Source of the DNA: a virus
Virus record (IMG/VR): IMGVR_UViG_3300025141_016305
Location: 96,001-160,000 of that record
Length of the DNA: 64,000 nucleotides
Reading direction: 5' to 3' (one strand)
Shown: one piece after another, positions 50,609-58,795 of the stretch
How the letters are laid out: each line of letters opens with the position of its first letter
Numbering within the stretch: position 1 is the first letter of the stretch
Notes under the pieces: generated by a model
What the model saw: the letters and a program-made list of their open reading frames with translations, nothing else
Told to the model about the DNA's origin: nothing
The model's database searches: none
Made by a program: the position numbers and the translations under genes

Positions 50609-50779
50609 TCAATATTCCGCTTGATTATAAGTGTTTAGTATCTCTTTTTTCTTTTTTATAATTATCTCTAAGCGCTTGGCAAAATGAATTTTATTACCCC
50701 TCTTTGCCTGAGATATTGTTTTCTCTAAATGCACTATATCTTCTCTTATTTTTCTTATCTTATTTGAGTTCATACTCAT
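50609..50779 (-). CDS. Small basic hypothetical protein (56 aa), missing from the ORF track
   Basis: MSMNSNKIRKIREDIVHLEKTISQAKRGNKIHFAKRLEIIIKKKKEILNTYNQAEY; GGAGG upstream. Confidence 0.5.
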   Translation of the reverse strand: MSMNSNKIRKIREDIVHLEKTISQAKRGNKIHFAKRLEIIIKKKKEILNTYNQAEY

Positions 50780-50784
50780 GATAT

Positions 50785-51111
50785 TTATTCATCCTCCACT
50801 TCATGATATTCGACATAAACTTTATATCTCATAGATATCGAGTCAATGCCGCCGCCAGGCGGCGGAGACGATGGCGCAAAATACACATTCTTAACAGCAT
50901 CATCTTCCATTAAACTTATTATAAAATCAAAAGAGATTACTCTTACTGTAAATCTATAAGTGTTAACTGCTTTTCTAAATTTTTTATGATTTGAAAATCC
51001 AACAAGGTATTGGTTTATACTTTCCATGTGAGTCCGCAATACCTCCATAGACTCGGCTTCTGTAAGTGCGCGCCACTTAATATCGTCTTCGCTCTTGTTT
51101 TCTGTGGCCAT
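50785..51111 (-). CDS. Hypothetical protein
   Basis: 108-aa ORF in the operon. Confidence 0.6.
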   Translation of the reverse strand: MATENKSEDDIKWRALTEAESMEVLRTHMESINQYLVGFSNHKKFRKAVNTYRFTVRVISFDFIISLMEDDAVKNVYFAPSSPPPGGGIDSISMRYKVYVEYHEVEDE

Positions 51112-51114
51112 GGT

Positions 51115-51291
51115 CTAATCTCTCTGAGATTTCAATATTAAAGCTCTCAATTCTTTCAATTCTTTTATTGCTGTCATAGAATTTTTGCGTACGCGGCGGC
51201 CGGCTGAAACATTCCCGTCCTCAGATTTTTCTGCGTCCAGTGCAGAACTCTGCAATATATCAATAATTTCTGCTAATTTTTCGTTAATCAT
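51115..51291 (-). CDS. Hc1-family histone H1-like protein (58 aa), missing from the ORF track
   Basis: AAGGAG Shine-Dalgarno; MINEKLAEIIDILQSSALDAEKSEDGNVSAGRRVRKNSMTAIKELKELRALILKSQRD carries the D.EK...GN.SAG.R.RK signature. Confidence 0.8.
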   Translation of the reverse strand: MINEKLAEIIDILQSSALDAEKSEDGNVSAGRRVRKNSMTAIKELKELRALILKSQRD

Positions 51292-51649
51292 GACTTTCTC
51301 CTTCTATTCTGTTGTAATCGTCACTATATCTAATTATATCCTCTTCCTGAAAAGTTTCCCCTGTCTGGACTTCTACAAATATTAAACACTGATTTTTGTT
51401 TGTATTTTCGATTCTATGTTTTGTTCCTTTGGGTATGCTTATGATGCTACCGTATTTTACTGGACTCTTCTTGTCATCGATGGTAACTTCTCCATAACCT
51501 GAGACAACTACCCAAATTTCATTTCTCTTTTTATGAGATTGATAGCTGATTCTATGACTAGGATTAATAATTATTCTTTTTAATTTATATTGAAGCTCAT
51601 CCAAAAGTACTTCATAAGTTCCCCACGGTCGATGAATATGATTTGGCAT
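51284..51649 (-). CDS. Mannose-6-phosphate isomerase type II cupin domain protein
   Basis: HRPWGTYEVL, SYQSH..R.E.W, HRIEN, EVQTG..F.EEDIIRY.DDY. Confidence 0.9.
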   Translation of the reverse strand: MPNHIHRPWGTYEVLLDELQYKLKRIIINPSHRISYQSHKKRNEIWVVVSGYGEVTIDDKKSPVKYGSIISIPKGTKHRIENTNKNQCLIFVEVQTGETFQEEDIIRYSDDYNRIEGESHD

Positions 51650-51671
51650 TTTTCCCTTTTATATTTTGTTT

Positions 51672-51748
51672 TGGTGGGCCTCCGCGGACTTGAACCGCGA
51701 ACCTGCCGGTTATGAGCCGGATGCTCTAACCTATTGAGCTAGAGGCCC
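51672..51748 (-). tRNA. tRNA-Ile2 (anticodon CAT, lysidine substrate)
   Basis: GGGCCTC...TCCGG-CTCATAA-CCGGC...GGTTCAAGTCC...GAGGCCC-ACCA. Has C4:G69 and C5:G68, lacks initiator features, and sits next to tilS. Confidence 0.9.
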
Positions 51749-51769
51749 GATACTTATTTATACCAAACA

Positions 51770-52372
51770 TTACTTATAAATTTCAATTAATTTTTTTCTA
51801 ATTGTTGTCCTCAGCCCGGGATTGACCACTAATACTTGAGGTAAAATATTTATTCTTGTATGATTTCTCATAAAATTTAAATGAGAATTAGAAGGGTCTT
51901 GAATCCAAGAAACTTTTTTTTTAATTGCATAATCTTTTATCGTTTTTTTATTTGTCATCAAAAACGGTCTAAAAATATTCTCACCTCTTTTATAGGGTAT
52001 TAGACGGCCATGGCCATGCAAACTTGACATAATCCAAGTTTCTACGCAATCATCGAGGTGATGACAAGTAATAATAAACCTACTACCAAGATTGTTGAGG
52101 AAATCATATCTTTCGTCTCTCCAAAACTCTTCTAAAGAACGCTTGCCTTTAACTCCATTGACCCTACCAATAATTAGTTCTAGTTTATTCTCATTTGCAT
52201 AGTTTTCAACAAATTCTTGAGCTTTTTGCGAATGATTCGTGTCATGATTAAAGTAAGCTAATTTTATTCTTCTTTTTCCCTGCTTGAGAAAATGAGCGAA
52301 AACCATCGAATCAATGCCGCCAGAACATGCAATAGTTACATTTCTAGGGATTTTTCCAATTATACGTATCAT
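51770..52372 (-). CDS. tilS: tRNA(Ile)-lysidine synthetase, minimal (catalytic domain only)
   Basis: PP-loop CSGGIDS, RDERY, CHHLDD..ET, RPFL, DPSN....RN..R; 200 aa. Confidence 0.92.
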   Translation of the reverse strand: MIRIIGKIPRNVTIACSGGIDSMVFAHFLKQGKRRIKLAYFNHDTNHSQKAQEFVENYANENKLELIIGRVNGVKGKRSLEEFWRDERYDFLNNLGSRFIITCHHLDDCVETWIMSSLHGHGRLIPYKRGENIFRPFLMTNKKTIKDYAIKKKVSWIQDPSNSHLNFMRNHTRINILPQVLVVNPGLRTTIRKKLIEIYK

Positions 52373-52379
52373 ACTTTAT

Positions 52380-52408
52380 ATGATATAAGATTGCTTTAAA
52401 AAAATCAA
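52380..52408 (-). promoter_or_regulatory. Sigma70-type promoter for tilS-tRNA: TTGATT-N17-TATCAT
   Basis: -35 at 52403-52408, -10 at 52380-52385, 7 nt from the tilS ATG. Confidence 0.55.
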
Positions 52409-52623
52409 GCTTTTCTTTTGTCTGCGTGTTCTTTTCCTTTTTTCAACCATTCATGAGTTGCGTCAAGATTTAAGTGTTTTGGAATCTCGACCATAGGCAA
52501 AAATCCATGAACCAAGAAAAAAGCAGATCGGTATAAAAAACCAAGTCCCAAAGATCCAGCAAACTTAAGATGAGAGATATAAGTTTCATTATTTTCCTTA
52601 AGGTGCTTCATATTATTAAACAT
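52405..52623 (-). CDS. Small conserved hypothetical protein (DUF6356-like)
   Basis: HLKENNETY.SHL.FA...VHG.LP pattern; true start may be the ATG at 52611. Confidence 0.65.
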   Translation of the reverse strand: MFNNMKHLKENNETYISHLKFAGSLGLGFLYRSAFFLVHGFLPMVEIPKHLNLDATHEWLKKGKEHADKRKA

Positions 52624-52650
52624 CTCCCAACAAGAGAAAAGTTGGTGGAG
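52609..52650 (-). repeat. tmRNA-3'-end/promoter repeat, copy C (degenerate)
   Basis: 16-bp exact match AGAAAAGTTGGTGGAG (52635-52650) to 53672-53687, followed on the minus strand by GGGAGATGTTTA...ATG. Confidence 0.8.
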
Positions 52651-52662
52651 AGGGTGGGTTTC

Positions 52663-53649
52663 TTACCAGGTAGAGAGAGCAGACCGCTTCCAAGTATTTG
52701 TCGCGACACAAACATAGACATAGTTTGTATCCCAGCAAATCATCCCGGCTGTGCCTGTGGCTGTGGCGCTAGCTGGAGTTTGCGAATCTCTGAGTCTTAT
52801 CGCGTCTGCGTCGATATCCAACACTTCTGTCGGAGAGGTTGTGCCAATACCGACCTTTGGCGCGCCATAAGCATCATATTTAAATGTCATAACATCTATA
52901 GGAGTACCGGTTGGGGCTTGTTGAATTACAAGATTGTTTGAATCATTGTGCAAAGCCCAATCTACAAATCCGTGCCTATCGTTTTGGAGGACAATCCAAT
53001 TTTCACCATCGTTTCGGGAATGGACCGACAATATTCCGTTACCATAGTTGTTGAATGAGTTGATCGACACTGTTTCACCAAACGTATGTGTAGTTCCATC
53101 TTCAGAGGTTATATGAAGACTAGATTCGGTACCATCTAGTTCTTGAGAACTCCACAAAGCAACCTGACCATCGGTAGGAGCATATACCTCTTTAACGGAT
53201 ATCGAATCAATTGAAAAAGCGGTGGAAGAACCTATTGAGCTTATCTCTAGAGACGTGCCGCCGGCCTTTATCAGTTGGGTATATGTATTTGCGCCGTTCC
53301 CACCAATGTATGTTGGCGAAGTACTTGGCGAAACATTGCCAAGCTTCACCATCATATTTGAAGCAGTTGTTACGTTGCTGATTGTGAATTGAATTAAGTA
53401 CAAGGTACCAGATGATACCCCCGACAATGTTTGGGTTAAAGCGCTGTACGTGTAACCAGAACCGGCGGACTTAGTTAATTTTCCGGAGTCATAAGCCCAA
53501 TCAGTCCCTAACGACCAACTGCTAGCATCACTATCAAAAGTCCCATTTGTGACCAGTTCGGTACCTAAATCGGTTGTACCAAGCTTTATACTTTTTGTAA
53601 TTGCTTCTGACCAACCTATTTGTTCTACATCTAGTTTTGCTCTAGCCAT
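52663..53649 (-). CDS. Tail-fibre/receptor-binding-like protein with carbohydrate-binding-like module
   Basis: ELVTNGTFD...W...IDSISVKE module, KVGIGTTSP repeat, C-terminal GMICWDTNYVYVCVATNTWKR; late-promoter motif upstream. Confidence 0.7.
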   Translation of the reverse strand: MARAKLDVEQIGWSEAITKSIKLGTTDLGTELVTNGTFDSDASSWSLGTDWAYDSGKLTKSAGSGYTYSALTQTLSGVSSGTLYLIQFTISNVTTASNMMVKLGNVSPSTSPTYIGGNGANTYTQLIKAGGTSLEISSIGSSTAFSIDSISVKEVYAPTDGQVALWSSQELDGTESSLHITSEDGTTHTFGETVSINSFNNYGNGILSVHSRNDGENWIVLQNDRHGFVDWALHNDSNNLVIQQAPTGTPIDVMTFKYDAYGAPKVGIGTTSPTEVLDIDADAIRLRDSQTPASATATGTAGMICWDTNYVYVCVATNTWKRSALSTW

Positions 53650-53653
53650 ATTT

Positions 53654-53661
53654 TAATTAGT
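53654..53661 (-). promoter_or_regulatory. Putative late promoter ACTAATTA-N4-ATG
   Basis: Fixed 4-nt spacing to the ATG at 53649. Confidence 0.6.
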
Positions 53662-53679
53662 CTCCAATATTAGAAAAGT

Positions 53680-53989
<310 letters not shown>

Positions 53990-54085
53990 TTAACAGCAAC
54001 CACTCTTGCAAGTGCAACACCCGCAACAGCAGCAGCAATGTTTTGAATTAAATAAATTAACCAATCTATGCAATAAACCTTTCAT
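53990..54085 (-). CDS. 31-aa Cys-rich micropeptide MKGLLHRLVNLFNSKHCCCCCGCCTCKSGCC, missing from the ORF track
   Basis: AAGGGGG Shine-Dalgarno-like sequence before the ATG; 10 Cys in the last 15 residues using mixed TGC/TGT codons; stop abuts the tmRNA 5' end. Confidence 0.65.
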   Translation of the reverse strand: MKGLLHRLVNLFNSKHCCCCCGCCTCKSGCC

Positions 54086-54108
54086 GATAATTACCCCCTT
54101 TTAAGTAA

Positions 54109-54978
54109 TTACCACTCTTCTGGAAAATTAGTCTTAAGAAAATTTAGTGCTCTCTCTTTTTGAGCTTGAGTTTCCCAGGAATATTCTTCGTCTCCTGTTG
54201 TTCTGGGTATTATGTGCTCTACTTTTGAATGGGGATTAAAATCTAGCTTTAAACTTTCATCTTTTCGCACCCTATAAGACCATTCTATGTCATCTCCATA
54301 ATAATGAAGCAAATCTTCGTTAAGTGGATACTTTTCCCATGCGGCTTTTTTACCTACAGTATAATTCCCGTCAAAATATTGATGTCTAGTAAAGGATTTT
54401 TGATCATATGGTAACAACATCCTCTTTGGTAGTGTCGGATGATCCCACAAAATCCAGTCCCTATATCTTTCCCCAGAAATTGTATGTTTCACATTCCAAC
54501 AAAAATCCCAATCATATCCAAATTTATTAAAACCATTGAACCAGTCTTTATCAAATTTATAATAATCATGAAAAATAACCACATTCTCATATTTTGCATT
54601 TTGCCAAATAAGATTCTTCTTTTTGGTTGTCCAACCACTCTTAATACCCGGGTGTTTTCTTTTATTTATATCTAACTTCTTTACAACATATTCTTCGGAT
54701 TTTTCATCTTTTATAGAGAGTCCGTTTCTTAGTTTTAAGAAACTGTCGTCTTTAATCCAATCTGTTTGATCGTCAAAAGGGATATGTTTAACATCTCCAA
54801 AAGCATGTAGGCGGTATGCATTGCGGCCATTTTTTGGATACGGACCTCCAACTATAATGATTTCATATTCCGGAATATTCAAATTTCTTATTGAGTCCAA
54901 TATCGTTAATATCTTATCTCTCCAAGCTAAATGATTTTCATTTTCGCTAGCTACCGTTGGAAAACCAAATGTCCACAT
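54109..54978 (-). CDS. GT-A fold glycosyltransferase-like protein
   Basis: YEIIIVGG, KKN....AKYENVVIFHDY, DDIEWS; GGAGA Shine-Dalgarno. Confidence 0.65.
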   Translation of the reverse strand: MWTFGFPTVASENENHLAWRDKILTILDSIRNLNIPEYEIIIVGGPYPKNGRNAYRLHAFGDVKHIPFDDQTDWIKDDSFLKLRNGLSIKDEKSEEYVVKKLDINKRKHPGIKSGWTTKKKNLIWQNAKYENVVIFHDYYKFDKDWFNGFNKFGYDWDFCWNVKHTISGERYRDWILWDHPTLPKRMLLPYDQKSFTRHQYFDGNYTVGKKAAWEKYPLNEDLLHYYGDDIEWSYRVRKDESLKLDFNPHSKVEHIIPRTTGDEEYSWETQAQKERALNFLKTNFPEEW

Positions 54979-54990
54979 AAACTTTATCTC

Positions 54991-55347
54991 CTATTTGCTC
55001 ACTAAGCGTTTATTATAATTAATTGTTATGATGCATTGCTGCAGCGGGTCGTCGTAATCTAAAATCGACGCATTTATATTTTTGTCATCAATAAATATAT
55101 CATACTCAGGTTTGCCAACCATAAATTTATGATATTTTACTCCCCATTTTTTTAATTGATTTTTAGTAAATTCGTACCAATCTTTTTTGGTAATCGTACC
55201 CCTAGCGGTCCAATACACGATTTCATGGCCGTTTTCATACAGTTTGTTTATCTTTTCTATTCTATCTTTTAGCGGTCTAGAATTTTCATAATTTAAATCT
55301 AATTGGCGCGTACATATAGTACCATCAATATCAACAAAAATTTTCAT
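54991..55347 (-). CDS. Small HAD-family phosphatase (paralog of 23495-23800)
   Basis: FVDIDGTI, WTARG, KPEYDIFIDDK. Confidence 0.82.
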   Translation of the reverse strand: MKIFVDIDGTICTRQLDLNYENSRPLKDRIEKINKLYENGHEIVYWTARGTITKKDWYEFTKNQLKKWGVKYHKFMVGKPEYDIFIDDKNINASILDYDDPLQQCIITINYNKRLVSK

Positions 55348-55350
55348 TTT

Positions 55351-56295
55351 TCAACTTTCAACTTCACAATATGGATCTTTATTATCCAATATATTTACTG
55401 CTGTGGTACATGCTTTTCTTCTCATTTCTTCAAAAGACTGCTCAGAATAAAACGATGTATGAGGATTAATGATTACGCGGTTACTATAATAACCGCTAAG
55501 CCACTTATCTAAAAAAGAACACCTAAGTGGGGGTTCCGTTTTTAAAACATCCAAATAAACATTTGAAATTTCTTTAGAATCTAGTGCCTTTTCTAAAGAT
55601 TTATAATCTTCAATTAAATTACCTCTTGCAGTATTCACTATTGTAGACCCTTTTTTCATATTTTTTAAAAATTCTTTATTTATCATACCAACTGTTTCAT
55701 TGTTACATGGTACGTGAATTGAAATAAAGTCTGAAGTTTTTAACAAATCATTTAAAATGTTAACTCTTTTGCATTCCAAGACCTTTTCGTATCCTTGGGA
55801 AACATATGGATCGTAAAATAAAACATCAAAACCGAAAGACTTACATAAACGGATTAACACACTACCGATTCGGCCAGCGCCTATAACTCCTACTTTTATT
55901 AAGTTGGCTCTTTGTATGTTCTTGTTTGGCAATTGCCATTTTTCAGATAAATAGTTTTGTTTAGATAAACAATTATATTCATATATATTTCTATATTTTG
56001 CAAAAATAAAAGCGGCGGCTGATTGTGCGACCTCATGAACTCCATAATCTGGTATTATACAGACTTTTATTCCTCTTTTTTGAGCTTCTTTTACATCTAC
56101 ATTATCATATCCCACACCATATCTAACCACAGCTCTTAACGACTTGAATTTATCAAAAAAAACATTATTTATTTTTTCATTCCAAGCTAGATAAACAGTT
56201 GCATCATAGTTTTCCCTACTAATCTCGTTACCTAAAATCTCTTTTTCTATATCAGTGATTTCAATATCATTGGATATACACACTCTACGCATCAA
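55351..56295 (-). CDS. D-isomer-specific 2-hydroxyacid dehydrogenase
   Basis: RYGVGYDNVD, GVIGAGRIG, VNTARG, LDV...EP, PHTSFYS. Confidence 0.92.
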   Translation of the reverse strand: MMRRVCISNDIEITDIEKEILGNEISRENYDATVYLAWNEKINNVFFDKFKSLRAVVRYGVGYDNVDVKEAQKRGIKVCIIPDYGVHEVAQSAAAFIFAKYRNIYEYNCLSKQNYLSEKWQLPNKNIQRANLIKVGVIGAGRIGSVLIRLCKSFGFDVLFYDPYVSQGYEKVLECKRVNILNDLLKTSDFISIHVPCNNETVGMINKEFLKNMKKGSTIVNTARGNLIEDYKSLEKALDSKEISNVYLDVLKTEPPLRCSFLDKWLSGYYSNRVIINPHTSFYSEQSFEEMRRKACTTAVNILDNKDPYCEVES

Positions 56296-56987
56296 ATGCC
56301 TCTGTTGTTTAAAATCAGTTTATAGGAATCCATTAATACAGTTGTATCCATCCCCAAAGCAAAAAAAGAAAAATCATCTTCGTATTTCTCTACATCCAAA
56401 GAATTTCTAACCAGATGAATCGCTGCCTTGTTTTTCGGAATAAGTAATTTATATTTTTTTATTGCATTCAAAAAATTTTCATTTTCAAAATCCCCAACGC
56501 AACCATAACTGGCAGATAGATCATACATCCCTATAAGAAAATGATCAATATCAAAATTGATCATTTCATCCAGAATGTCAATCCCCTCTTTTGATTCAAT
56601 CATAGCAATTATTTTTGGGTTTGCTTTATCTAAATCCCTAGTTCCCCACATGTTTTCGCGAACTAATCCCTGGCCGCGTTGGCCGCCATGGCGAGGATAT
56701 TTACACATTTTAATAATTTTTTGACAATATTGAATACTATCTACAGTAGAAAAAATAGCATAATCTATACCACTATCTAAACAGGTTCGAACCAAATGAT
56801 CATCAGCATATGTAAATCTTACACCACATTTTTTACCACACAATTTTACAGTCTGTATACATGAAAACAAACTTTCATTAGAAAAATTTGAATGTTCTGC
56901 ATCCAGGATTACTCCTTCACAATCTGCATTACAAAGAATCTCACTAATAATGGTACTGGGTATCTGTTGCCAGGAAAACTTTCTCAC
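56292..56987 (-). CDS. HpcH/HpaI-family class II aldolase
   Basis: LDAEH, KYP..GQRG, AMIES.EG, IGMYDLSAS; GTGA-coupled start at 56987. Confidence 0.88.
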   Translation of the reverse strand: MRKFSWQQIPSTIISEILCNADCEGVILDAEHSNFSNESLFSCIQTVKLCGKKCGVRFTYADDHLVRTCLDSGIDYAIFSTVDSIQYCQKIIKMCKYPRHGGQRGQGLVRENMWGTRDLDKANPKIIAMIESKEGIDILDEMINFDIDHFLIGMYDLSASYGCVGDFENENFLNAIKKYKLLIPKNKAAIHLVRNSLDVEKYEDDFSFFALGMDTTVLMDSYKLILNNRGI

Positions 56988-57652
56988 CCCAGCACTCCGG
57001 GGGCCATCAAACATGCCATTTCAAAATCATCCCAATAATCTATTTCCACTGCTTCTTTTTTCGAAACTCTAAATTTAAATGGATTAGTTCCCATCCAGTA
57101 TTTAACTTCTCTTTGTTTTTTTACACTAGCTGTATATGCTGCTCCGGTTATTTGATCCCAAGATGGTAATTCCTGTGTAAAATTATGCCAGGGCCCTGGA
57201 TTAAAATTGATGCATCTTCCCTTTTCGTCCAATAAAAAATCGTTATAAGGTACAGTTGTTACAACACTATCTTTCGTATTTTTATCAATCACTTCCTTTT
57301 CATAAGCTTCTATAATTTGGTCATATCTAGTAAAAAACGGATTTGTTACCATCGCCCATGTAATAATATCCTCTTCAGAAAAATGTGATATAATATCTAA
57401 AATATATTCATGAAGGCGTGCGTCATTACACATGTAGTCGCTTCTCGAAATAAAACTTATGTTATTCTGCTCAGCTATAAGCCTTGCTTTAGAACTGTTA
57501 CTTGCCACTACGATATCGTCGACTTTGGTGCATGATTTAAGTTGTTCTATTTTAAGATTAAGTAAAGACTTGTCCTTATGAAAGTTTCTAAAATTCTTAT
57601 TTTTAACCCTTGTTGAACCCTCTCTTACAGGAATTACTGCAATGTGTTTCAT
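56984..57652 (-). CDS. Acylneuraminate/KDO-type cytidylyltransferase
   Basis: IPVREGSTRVKNKN, TNPF, TQELP, EID..DDF. Confidence 0.85.
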   Translation of the reverse strand: MKHIAVIPVREGSTRVKNKNFRNFHKDKSLLNLKIEQLKSCTKVDDIVVASNSSKARLIAEQNNISFISRSDYMCNDARLHEYILDIISHFSEEDIITWAMVTNPFFTRYDQIIEAYEKEVIDKNTKDSVVTTVPYNDFLLDEKGRCINFNPGPWHNFTQELPSWDQITGAAYTASVKKQREVKYWMGTNPFKFRVSKKEAVEIDYWDDFEMACLMAPGVLG

Positions 57653-58680
57653 GTTATATCCAACTTTTGGTAGAGAGATATTTGATCCACAACTCTACTA
57701 GCATACCCGAATTCATTGTCATACCACAAAACCAATTTTAAAACATTTCCCTTAGTTTCTGTCCAGCGATGATCAATATGGCAAGAATAAGGAGACTTAA
57801 TAAAATCTGTTGAAACCAGAGGTTCAATATCGTTTTTAAAAATTTTACAAGTTTGTTCACTCTCCGCATCTAAAAAGATTTCTTTAATTTCTTTCTTATC
57901 AACGGTTTTCTCTAAAATAATTGTAAGGTCCGCTGATCCAACAATGGCATGGGGTGTTCTATAGGAAAAAACCAACAACTTATCCTCAATACCTGTTAAA
58001 ACTCGGTTTGTTGCAACTAAAGCTGTCGTCCATTTGGGAATAATATTATTAGAACTGGAGCGGCCTAGGGCATAGTTATGATAAGTTTGTTTCGGATTAG
58101 ATTGATATTTTGATTGTCCATCTAAAACGTTCTGATAATTTAGCCATGGATGAACAGTAGTGATGCTGCCACCAGAGATACCAAAAGAATTATCTAATCT
58201 CTTTAGTACCGGGGCGAGAGCCGTAGTATCGCAAATACTACATGAAACCACCTTATGACATTTATCTGCAAACTTTTCGTTAACACCCAAAACTAATTCA
58301 AAATCAGAAATTGAACTTGAGTTAGTTATATAAACCCTTTTTACTCCCCACTTTTGTATAACCTGAGGTGCTGAACTTATATTTCTTCCTATTCCAGATG
58401 CATCAATAACATAATCTGTGTTGCTCCAATCTACGTTTTCTATTTTCGATTCACAAAAAACTTTAATCTCATGACCATTTAAAACTAGTTTATCGTTGGC
58501 GGTGCATTCGACATGGCCCTGAAAGCGACCATATAAAGAATCATACTTTATTGTATATTCAATATTCCTAACATCAAAATTTATATCATTGATAGTGGTA
58601 ATTTGAAAGTTATTATTATTGGCCAAGATTCTTAATATTTGGCGGCCGATGCGGCCAACGCCGTTGATACCAATTTTCAT
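57649..58680 (-). CDS. GAPDH/erythrose-4-phosphate dehydrogenase-family protein (divergent active site)
   Basis: IGINGVGRIGR, KYDSLYG, SICDTTALAP, TTVH, WYDNEFGYASRVVD. Confidence 0.88.
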   Translation of the reverse strand: MKIGINGVGRIGRQILRILANNNNFQITTINDINFDVRNIEYTIKYDSLYGRFQGHVECTANDKLVLNGHEIKVFCESKIENVDWSNTDYVIDASGIGRNISSAPQVIQKWGVKRVYITNSSSISDFELVLGVNEKFADKCHKVVSCSICDTTALAPVLKRLDNSFGISGGSITTVHPWLNYQNVLDGQSKYQSNPKQTYHNYALGRSSSNNIIPKWTTALVATNRVLTGIEDKLLVFSYRTPHAIVGSADLTIILEKTVDKKEIKEIFLDAESEQTCKIFKNDIEPLVSTDFIKSPYSCHIDHRWTETKGNVLKLVLWYDNEFGYASRVVDQISLYQKLDIT

Positions 58681-58795
58681 TTTTCTTAAAAAACCTTACT
58701 AGCTATGGATGTAGATCTCTATACCTTTATAGCATAAAACACTTTTTTTTTTAAGAATATAGATTTTTGTATATTTATTTATTTTTATTGCTTCT

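Noticed and set aside
51672-51748. tRNA-Met or initiator tRNA call for the CAT tRNA
   Set aside because: G1:C72 is paired, there is no GGG/CCC anticodon stem, Ile2-type acceptor pairs are present, and tilS is adjacent.
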